Positions 1 through 10,000 of a stretch of DNA of 64,000 nt are shown in pieces. The notes under the pieces were generated by a model. The model did no database searches. It was given only the letters and a program-made list of their open reading frames with translations, and was not told the origin of the DNA. Source of the stretch: Auanema rhodensis (lineage: Eukaryota; Animalia; Nematoda); contig OZ059894.1 in assembly GCA_964057225.1 (NCBI GenBank), positions 1,612,001-1,676,000 of the forward strand, written 5' to 3'. The translations under genes and the position numbers were made by a program. Within the stretch, counting starts at the first letter, position 1, and the number at the start of each line of letters is the position of its first letter.

Positions 1-50
1 GCTTAATACAAAAATTAGTTATGATTGTTTGAAAAATGATGCATTAGTGT

Positions 51-78
51 ATGTTGAGTTTCCATGTACACTCAACAT
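51..78. other. Inverted repeat IR1 in every monomer: ATGTTGAGT-N10-ACTCAACAT
   Basis: 51-59 is the exact reverse complement of 70-78. The common A79 allele extends the stem to 10 bp. Confidence 0.9.
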
Positions 79-92
79 TGCTTCCAAAAACA

Positions 93-125
93 TTTTGACA
101 AAAATTTTTTCGAAAAATTTCAAAA
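93..125. other. Imperfect AT-rich palindrome in every monomer, centred on TTTTTCGAAAAA
   Basis: Perfect 12-bp palindrome at 106-117, flanked by AAA/TTT and TTTTGA(93-98)/TCAAAA(120-125, A123 allele). An outer pair AAAAACAT(86-93)/ATGTTTTT(144-151) is also present. Confidence 0.85.
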
Positions 126-228
126 TAATTTAGCAGAAAGTAGATGTTTTTAGATTCCTTTTTTCAAGGCAAAGACGATGGACAATGTTATTCAACGAAA
201 AAATTAATTCTTCAGGGTGAAAATCGAG

Positions 229-250
229 GATATAAGTGTGAACTTATATC
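229..250. other. Inverted repeat IR3 in every monomer: GATATAAGT-GTGA-ACTTATATC (9-bp stem, 4-nt loop)
   Basis: 229-237 is the exact reverse complement of 242-250. CGAG(225-228)/CTCG(260-263) could extend it across a bulge. Confidence 0.9.
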
Positions 251-260
251 AGTTGATATC

Positions 261-327
261 TCGGTGCATTTTTAAGCTAGCGCAAATCTGATAACACAGA
301 TCGACGCAGCTTGAAAATCCGCATCGA
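261..327 (+). other. Long imperfect hairpin IR4 in every monomer (~26 bp in four helices)
   Basis: 261-267 pairs with 321-327 (one G-T), 268-278 with 308-318 (T273 opposite G/A313), 280-282 with 305-307, and 286-290 with 297-301. Loop is ATAACA. Confidence 0.8.
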
Positions 328-1053
328 ATGCACTATACTACATTGAGGAACGCTTAATACAAAAATTAGTTATGATCGTTTGAAAAATGATGCATTAGTG
401 TATGTTGAGTTTCCATGTACACTCAACATTGCTTCCAAAAACATTTTGACAAAAATTTTTTCGAAAAATTTCAGAATAATTTAGCAAAAAGTAGATGTTT
501 TTAGATTCCTTTTTTCAAGGCAAAGACGATGGACAATGTTATTCAACGAAAAAATTAATTCTTCAGGGTGAAAATCGAGGATATAAGTGTGAACTTATAT
601 CAGTTGATATCTCGGTGCATTTTTAAGCTAGCGCAAATCTGATAACACAGATCGACGCAGCTTACAAATCCGCATCGAATGCACTATACTTCATTGAGGA
701 ACGCTTAATACAAAAATTAGTTATGATCGTTTGAAAAATGATGCATTAGTGTATGTTGAGTTTCCATGTACACTCAACATAGCTTCCAAAAACATTTTGA
801 CAAAAATTTTTTCGAAAAATTTCAAAATAATTTAGCAGAAAGTAGATGTTTTTAGATTCCTTTTTTCAAGGCAAAGACGATGGACAATGTTATTCAACGA
901 AAAAATTAATTCTTCAGGGTGAAAATCGAGGATATAAGTGTGAACTTATATCAGTTGATATCTCGGTGCATTTTTAAGCTAGCGCAAATCTGATAACACA
1001 GATCGACGCAGCTTGAAAATCCGCATCGAATGCACTATACTACATTGAGGAAC

Positions 1054-4000
1054 GCTTAATACAAAAATTAGTTATGATCGTTTGAAAAATGATGCATTAG
1101 TGTATGTTGAGTTTCCATGTACACTCAACATAGCTTCCAAAAACATTTTGACAAAAATTTTTTCGAAAAATTTCAGAATAATTTAGCAAAAAGTAGATGT
1201 TTTTAGATTCCTTTTTTCAAGGCAAAGACGATGGACAATGTTATTCAACGAAAAAATTAATTCTTCAGGGTGAAAATCGAGGATATAAGTGTGAACTTAT
1301 ATCAGTTGATATCTCGGTGCATTTTTAAGCTAGCGCAAATCTGATAACACAGATCGACGCAGCTTGAAAATCCGCATCGAATGCACTATACTACATTGAG
1401 GAACGCTTAATACAAAAATTAGTTATGATCGTTTGAAAAATGATGCATTAGTGTATGTTGAGTTTCCATGTACACTCAACATAGCTTCCAAAAACATTTT
1501 GACAAAAATTTTTTCGAAAAATTTCAGAATAATTTAGCAAAAAGTAGATGTTTTTAGATTTCTTTTTTTAAGGCAAAGACGATGGACAATGTTATTCAAC
1601 GAAAAAATTAATTCTTCAGGGTGAAAATCGAGGATATAAGTGTGAACTTATATCAGTTGATATCTCGGTGCATTTTTAAGCTAGCGCAAATCTGATAACA
1701 CAGATCGACGCAGCTTGAAAATCCGCATCGAATGCACTATACTACATTGAGGAACGCTTAATACAAAAATTAGTTATGATCGTTTGAAAAATGATGCATT
1801 AGTGTATGTTGAGTTTCCATGTACACTCAACATTGCTTCCAAAAACATTTTGACAAAAATTTTTTCGAAAAATTTCAGAATAATTTAGCAAAAAGTAGAT
1901 GTTTTTAGATTCCTTTTTTCAAGGCAAAGACGATGGACAATGTTATTCAACGAAAAAATTAATTCTTCAGGGTGAAAATCGAGGATATAAGTGTGAACTT
2001 ATATCAGTTGATATCTCGGTGCATTTTTAAGCTAGCGCAAATCTGATAACACAGATCGACGCAGCTTAAAAATCCGCATCGAATGCACTATACTACATTG
2101 AGGAACGCTTAATACAAAAATTAGTTATGATCGTTTGAAAAATGATGCATTAGTGTATGTTGAGTTTCCATGTACACTCAACATAGCTTCCAAAAACATT
2201 TTGACAAAAATTTTTTCGAAAAATTTCAGAATAATTTAGCAAAAAGTAGATGTTTTTAGATTTCTTTTTTTAAGGCAAAGACGATGGACAATGTTATTCA
2301 ACGAAAAAATTAATTCTTCAGGGTGAAAATCGAGGATATAAGTGTGAACTTATATCAGTTGATATCTCGGTGCATTTTTAAGCTAGCGCAAATCTGATAA
2401 CACAGATCGACGCAGCTTGAAAATCCGCATCGAATGCACTATACTACTTTGAGAAACGCTTAATACAAAAATTAGTTATGATCGTTTGAAAAATGATGCA
2501 TTAGTGTATGTTGAGTTTCCATGTACACTCAACATTGCTTCCAAAAACATTTTGACAAAAATTTTTTCGAAAAATTTCAGAATATTTTAGCAAAAAGTAG
2601 ATGTTTTTAGATTCCTTTTTTCAAGGCAAAGACGATGGACAATGTTATTCAACGAAAAAATTAATTCTTCAGGGTGAAAATCGAGGATATAAGTGTGAAC
2701 TTATATCAGTTGATATCTCGGTGCATTTTTAAGCTAGCGCAAATCTGATAACACAGATCGACGCAGCTTGAAAATCCGCATCGAATGCACTATACTACAT
2801 TGAGGAACGCTTAATACAAAAATTAGTTATGATCGTTTGAAAAATGATGCATTAGTGTATGTTGAGTTTCCATGTACACTCAACATAGCTTCCAAAAACA
2901 TTTTGACAAAAATTTTTTCGAAAAATTTCAGAATAATTTAGCAAAAAGTAGATGTTTTTAGATTTCTTTTTTTAAGGCAAAGACGATGGACAATGTTATT
3001 CAACGAAAAAATTAATTCTTCAGGGTGAAAATCGAGGATATAAGTGTGAACTTATATCAGTTGATATCTCGGTGCATTTTTAAGCTAGCGCAAATCTGAT
3101 AACACAGATCGACGCAGCTTGAAAATCCGCATCGAATGCACTATACTACATTGAGGAACGCTTAATACAAAAATTAGTTATGATCGTTTGAAAAATGATG
3201 CATTAGTGTATGTTGAGTTTCCATGTACACTCAACATAGCTTCCAAAAACATTTTGACAAAAATTTTTTCGAAAAATTTCAGAATAATTTAGCAAAAAGT
3301 AGATGTTTTTAGATTCCTTTTTTCAAGGCAAAGACGATGGACAATGTTATTCAACGAAAAAATTAATTCTTCAGGGTGAAAATCGAGGATATAAGTGTGA
3401 ACTTATATCAGTTGATATCTCGGTGCATTTTTAAGCTAGCGCAAATCTGATAACACAGATCGACGCAGCTTGAAAATCCGCATCGAATGCACTATACTAC
3501 ATTGAGGAACGCTTAATACAAAAATTAGTTATGATCGTTTGAAAAATGATGCATTAGTGTATGTTGAGTTTCCATGTACACTCAACATAGCTTCCAAAAA
3601 CATTTTGACAAAAATTTTTTCGAAAAATTTCAGAATAATTTAGCAAAAAGTAGATGTTTTTAGATTTCTTTTTTTAAGGCAAAGACGATGGACAATGTTA
3701 TTCAACGAAAAAATTAATTCTTCAGGGTGAAAATCGAGGATATAAGTGTGAACTTATATCAGTTGATATCTCGGTGCATTTTTAAGCTAGCGCAAATCTG
3801 ATAACACAGATCGACGCAGCTTGAAAATCCGCATCGAATGCACTATACTACATTGAGGAACGCTTAATACAAAAATTAGTTATGATCGTTTGAAAAATGA
3901 TGCATTAGTGTATGTTGAGTTTCCATGTACACTCAACATTGCTTCCAAAAACATTTTGACAAAAATTTTTTCGAAAAATTTCAGAATAATTTAGCAAAAA

Positions 4001-7000
4001 GTAGATGTTTTTAGATTCCTTTTTTCAAGGCAAAGACGATGGACAATGTTATTCAACGAAAAAATTAATTCTTCAGGGTGAAAATCGAGGATATAAGTGT
4101 GAACTTATATCAGTTGATATCTCGGTGCATTTTTAAGCTAGCGCAAATCTGATAACACAGATCGACGCAGCTTAAAAATCCGCATCGAATGCACTATACT
4201 ACATTGAGGAACGCTTAATACAAAAATTAGTTATGATCGTTTGAAAAATGATGCATTAGTGTATGTTGAGTTTCCATGTACACTCAACATAGCTTCCAAA
4301 AACATTTTGACAAAAATTTTTTCGAAAAATTTCAGAATAATTTAGCAAAAAGTAGATGTTTTTAGATTTCTTTTTTTAAGGCAAAGACGATGGACAATGT
4401 TATTCAACGAAAAAATTAATTCTTCAGGGTGAAAATCGAGGATATAAGTGTGAACTTATATCAGTTGATATCTCGGTGCATTTTTAAGCTAGCGCAAATC
4501 TGATAACACAGATCGACGCAGCTTGAAAATCCGCATCGAATGCACTATACTACTTTGAGAAACGCTTAATACAAAAATTAGTTATGATCGTTTGAAAAAT
4601 GATGCATTAGTGTATGTTGAGTTTCCATGTACACTCAACATTGCTTCCAAAAACATTTTGACAAAAATTTTTTCGAAAAATTTCAGAATATTTTAGCAAA
4701 AAGTAGATGTTTTTAGATTCCTTTTTTCAAGGCAAAGACGATGGACAATGTTATTCAACGAAAAAATTAATTCTTCAGGGTGAAAATCGAGGATATAAGT
4801 GTGAACTTATATCAGTTGATATCTCGGTGCATTTTTAAGCTAGCGCAAATCTGATAACACAGATCGACGCAGCTTGAAAATCCGCATCGAATGCACTATA
4901 CTACATTGAGGAACGCTTAATACAAAAATTAGTTATGATCGTTTGAAAAATGATGCATTAGTGTATGTTGAGTTTCCATGTACACTCAACATAGCTTCCA
5001 AAAACATTTTGACAAAAATTTTTTCGAAAAATTTCAGAATAATTTAGCAAAAAGTAGATGTTTTTAGATTTCTTTTTTTGAGGCAAAGACGATGGACAAT
5101 GTTATTCAACGAAAAAATTAATTCTTCAGGGTGAAAATCGAGGATATAAGTGTGAACTTATATCAGTTGATATCTCGGTGCATTTTTAAGCTAGCGCAAA
5201 TCTGATAACACAGATCGACGCAGCTTGAAAATCCGCATCGAATGCACTATACTACTTTGAGAAACGCTTAATACAAAAATTAGTTATGATCGTTTGAAAA
5301 ATGATGCATTAGTGTATGTTGAGTTTCCATGTACACTCAACATTGCTTCCAAAAACATTTTGACAAAAATTTTTTCGAAAAATTTCAGAATATTTTAGCA
5401 AAAAGTAGATGTTTTTAGATTCCTTTTTTCAAGGCAAAGACGATGGACAATGTTATTCAACGAAAAAATTAATTCTTCAGGGTGAAAATCGAGGATATAA
5501 GTGTGAACTTATATCAGTTGATATCTCGGTGCATTTTTAAGCTAGCGCAAATCTGATAACACAGATCGACGCAGCTTGAAAATCCGCATCGAATGCACTA
5601 TACTACATTGAGGAACGCTTAATACAAAAATTAGTTATGATCGTTTGAAAAATGATGCATTAGTGTATGTTGAGTTTCCATGTACACTCAACATAGCTTC
5701 CAAAAACATTTTGACAAAAATTTTTTCGAAAAATTTCAGAATAATTTAGCAAAAAGTAGATGTTTTTAGATTTCTTTTTTTGAGGCAAAGACGATGGACA
5801 ATGTTATTCAACGAAAAAATTAATTCTTCAGGGTGAAAATCGAGGATATAAGTGTGAACTTATATCAGTTGATATCTCGGTGCATTTTTAAGCTAGCGCA
5901 AATCTGATAACACAGATCGACGCAGCTTAAAAATCCGCATCGAATGCACTATACTACATTGAGGAACGCTTAATACAAAAATTAGTTATGATCGTTTGAA
6001 AAATGATGCATTAGTGTATGTTGAGTTTCCATGTACACTCAACATTGCTTCCAAAAACATTTTGACAAAAATTTTTTCGAAAAATTTCAGAATAATTTAG
6101 CAAAAAGTAGATGTTTTTAGATTCCTTTTTTCAAGGCAAAGACGATGGACACATTGTTATTCAACGAAAAAATTAATTCTTCAGGGTGAAAATCGAGGAT
6201 ATAAGTGTGAACTTTTATCAGTTGATATCTCGGTGCATTTTTAAGCTAGCGCAAATCTGATAACACAGATCGACGCAGCTTGAAAATCCGCATCGAATGC
6301 ACTATACTACTTTGAGAAACGCTTAATACAAAAATTAGTTATGATCGTTTGAAAAATGATGCATTAGTGTATGTTGAGTTTCCATGTACACTCAACATTG
6401 CTTCCAAAAACATTTTGACAAAAATTTTTTCGAAAAATTTCAAATTAATTTAGCAGAAAGTATATGTTTTTAGATTCCTTTTTTCAAGGCAAAGACGATG
6501 GACAATGTTATTCAATGAAAAAATTAATTCTTCAGGGTGAAAATCGAGGATATAAGTGTGAACTTATATCAGTTGATATCTCGGTGCATTTTTAAGCTAG
6601 CGCAAATCTGATAACACAGATCGACGCAGCTTAAAAATCCGCATCGAATGCACTATACTACATTGAGGAACGCTTAATACAAAAAATTAGTTATGATCGT
6701 TTGAAAAATGATGCATTAGTGTATGTTGAGTTTCCATGTACACTCAACATTGCTTCCAAAAACATTTTGACAAAAATTTTTTCGAAAAATTTCAGAATAA
6801 TTTAGCAAAAAGTAGATGTTTTTAGATTCCTTTTTTCAAGGCAAAGACGATGGACAATGTTATTCAACGAAAAAATTAATTCTTCAGGGTGAAAATCGAG
6901 GATATAAGTGTGAACTTATATCAGTTGATATCTCGGTGCATTTTTAAGCTAGCGCAAATCTGATAACACAGATCGACGCAGCTTGAAAATCCGCATCGAA

Positions 7001-10000
7001 TGCACTATACTACTTTGAGAAACGCTTAATACAAAAATTAGTTATGATCGTTTGAAAAATGATGCATTAGTGTATGTTGAGTTTCCATGTACACTCAACA
7101 TTGCTTCCAAAAACATTTTGACAAAAATTTTTTCGAAAAATTTCAAATCAATTTAGCAGAAAGTATATGTTTTTAGATTCCTTTTTTCAAGGCAAAGACG
7201 ATGGACAATGTTATTCAACGAAAAAATTAATTCTTCAGGGTGAAAATCGAGGATATAAGTGTGAACTTATATCAGTTGATATCTCGGTGCATTTTTAAGC
7301 TAGCGCAAATCTGATAACACAGATCGACGCAGCTTAAAAATCCGCATCGAATGCACTATACTACATTGAGGAACGCTTAATACAAAAATTAGTTATGATC
7401 GTTTGAAAAATGATGCATTAGTGTATGTTGAGTTTCCATGTACACTCAACATTGCTTCCAAAAACATTTTGACAAAAATTTTTTCGAAAAATTTCAAAAT
7501 AATTTAGCAAAAAGTAGATGTTTTTAGATTTCTTTTTTCAAGGCAAAGACGATGGACAATGTTATTCAACGGAAAAATTAATTCTTCAGGGTGAAAATCG
7601 GGGATATAAGTGTGAACTTATATCAGTTGATATCTCGGTGCATTTTTAAGCTAGCGCAAATCTGATAACACAGATCGACGCAGCTTGAAAATCCGCATCG
7701 AATGCACTATACTACATTGAGGAACGCTTAATACAAAAATTAGTTATGATCGTTTGAAAAATGATGCATTAGTGTATGTTGAGTTTCCATGTACACTCAA
7801 CATAGCTTCCAAAAACATTTTGACAAAAATTTTTTCGAAAAATTTCAGAATAATTTAGCAAAAAGTAGATGTTTTTAGATTTCTTTTTTTAAGGCAAAGA
7901 CGATGGACAATGTTATTCAACGAAAAAATTAATTCTTCAGGGTGAAAATCGAGGATATAAGTGTGAACTTATATCAGTTGATATCTCGGTGCATTTTTAA
8001 GCTAGCGCAAATCTGATAACACAGATCGACGCAGCTTGAAAATCCGCATCGAATGCACTATACTACATTGAGGAACGCTTAATACAAAAATTAGTTATGA
8101 TCGTTTGAAAAATGATGCATTAGTGTATGTTGAGTTTCCATGTACACTCAACATTGCTTCCAAAAACATTTTGACAAAAATTTTTTTGAAAAATTTCAGA
8201 ATAATTTAGCAAAAAGTAGATGTTTTTAGATTCCTTTTTTCAAGGCAAAGACGATGGACAATGTTATTCAACGAAAAAATTAATTCTTCAGGGTGAAAAT
8301 CGAGGATATAAGTGTGAACTTATATCAGTTGATATCTCGGTGCATTTTTAAGCTAGCGCAAATCTGATAACACAGATCGACGCAGCTTAAAAATCCGCAT
8401 CGAATGCACTATACTACATTGAGGAACGCTTAATACAAAAATTAGTTATGATCGTTTGAAAAATGATGCATTAGTGTATGTTGAGTTTCCATGTACACTC
8501 AACATAGCTTCCAAAAACATTTTGACAAAAATTTTTTCGAAAAATTTCAGAATAATTTAGCAAAAAGTAGATGTTTTTAGATTTCTTTTTTTAAGGCAAA
8601 GACGATGGACAATGTTATTCAACGAAAAAATTAATTCTTCAGGGTGAAAATCGAGGATATAAGTGTGAACTTATATCAGTTGATATCTCGGTGCATTTTT
8701 AAGCTAGCGCAAATCTGATAACACAGATCGACGCAGCTTAAAAATCCGCATCGAATGCACTATACTACATTGAGGAACGCTTAATACAAAAATTAGTTAT
8801 GATCGTTTGAAAAATGATGCATTAGTGTATGTTGAGTTTCCATGTACACTCAACATTGCTTCCAAAAACATTTTGACAAAAATTTTTTCGAAAAATTTCA
8901 AAATAATTTAGCAAAAAGTAGATGTTTTTAGATTTCTTTTTTCAAGGCAAAGACGATGGACAATGTTATTCAACGGAAAAATTAATTCTTCAGGGTGAAA
9001 ATCGGGGATATAAGTGTGAACTTATATCAGTTGATATCTCGGTGCATTTTTAAGCTAGCGCAAATCTGATAACACAGATCGACGCAGCTTGAAAATCCGC
9101 ATCGAATGCACTATACTACATTGAGGAACGCTTAATACAAAAATTAGTTATGATCGTTTGAAAAATGATGCATTAGTGTATGTTGAGTTTCCATGTACAC
9201 TCAACATAGCTTCCAAAAACATTTTGACAAAAATTTTTTCGAAAAATTTCAGAATAATTTAGCAAAAAGTAGATGTTTTTAGATTTCTTTTTTTAAGGCA
9301 AAGACGATGGACAATGTTATTCAACGAAAAAATTAATTCTTCAGGGTGAAAATCGAGGATATAAGTGTGAACTTATATCAGTTGATATCTCGGTGCATTT
9401 TTAAGCTAGCGCAAATCTGATAACACAGATCGACGCAGCTTGAAAATCCGCATCGAATGCACTATACTACATTGAGGAACGCTTAATACAAAAATTAGTT
9501 ATGATCGTTTGAAAAATGATGCATTAGTGTATGTTGAGTTTCCATGTACACTCAACATTGCTTCCAAAAACATTTTGACAAAAATTTTTTTGAAAAATTT
9601 CAGAATAATTTAGCAAAAAGTAGATGTTTTTAGATTCCTTTTTTCAAGGCAAAGACGATGGATAATGTTATTCAACGAAAAAATTAATTCTTCAGGGTGA
9701 AAATCGAGGATATAAGTGTGAACTTATATCAGTTGATATCTCGGTGCATTTTTAAGCTAGCGCAAATCTGATAACACAGATCGACGCAGCTTAAAAATCC
9801 GCATCGAATGCACTATACTACATTGAGGAACGCTTAATACAAAAATTAGTTATGATCGTTTGAAAAATGATGCATTAGTGTATGTTGAGTTTCCATGTAC
9901 ACTCAACATAGCTTCCAAAAACATTTTGACAAAAATTTTTTCGAAAAATTTCAGAATAATTTAGCAAAAAGTAGATGTTTTTAGATTTCTTTTTTTAAGG

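Larger units (their letters stand above)
1..351 (+). repeat. Reference monomer (351 bp, ~68% AT), rich in A/T tracts, with single EcoRV (255-260), NheI (276-281), BsrGI (65-70) and BstBI (109-114) sites
   Basis: Read directly. Consensus has 113 G+C of 351. A/T runs of 4-6 nt at pos 10, 32, 86, 93, 100, 105, 113, 122, 147, 159, 198, 220, 269 and 314. The monomer boundary is arbitrary (set by the window start). Confidence 0.97.

Noticed and set aside
184-200. CENP-B box-like motif on the minus strand (TTTCGTTGAATAACATT)
   Set aside because: It matches 10 of 17 positions of YTTCGTTGGAARCGGGA but lacks the essential CGGG, so it is not supportable as a functional box.
150-230. Hammerhead ribozyme, as in newt, schistosome and cave-cricket satellites: minus-strand CTGAAGA (209-215) fits CUGANGA
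   Set aside because: I could not build stems I-III. The next candidate core reads GAAT rather than GAAA, and no complement to the upstream CACC follows an NUH site. The plus-strand CTGATAA (288-294) lacks the conserved G8. An Infernal or RNAMotif search would settle it.
229-273. Rho-independent terminator or TATA promoter (TATAAG at 231-236)
   Set aside because: The stem is AT-rich and not directly followed by a U-tract, there is no gene context, and such motifs are expected by chance at 68% AT.
225-335. tRNA, 5S rRNA or SINE-like Pol III unit repeated in tandem
   Set aside because: No cloverleaf, no convincing A box or GTTCGANNC B box, and no recognisable 5S, U snRNA or spliced-leader sequence.
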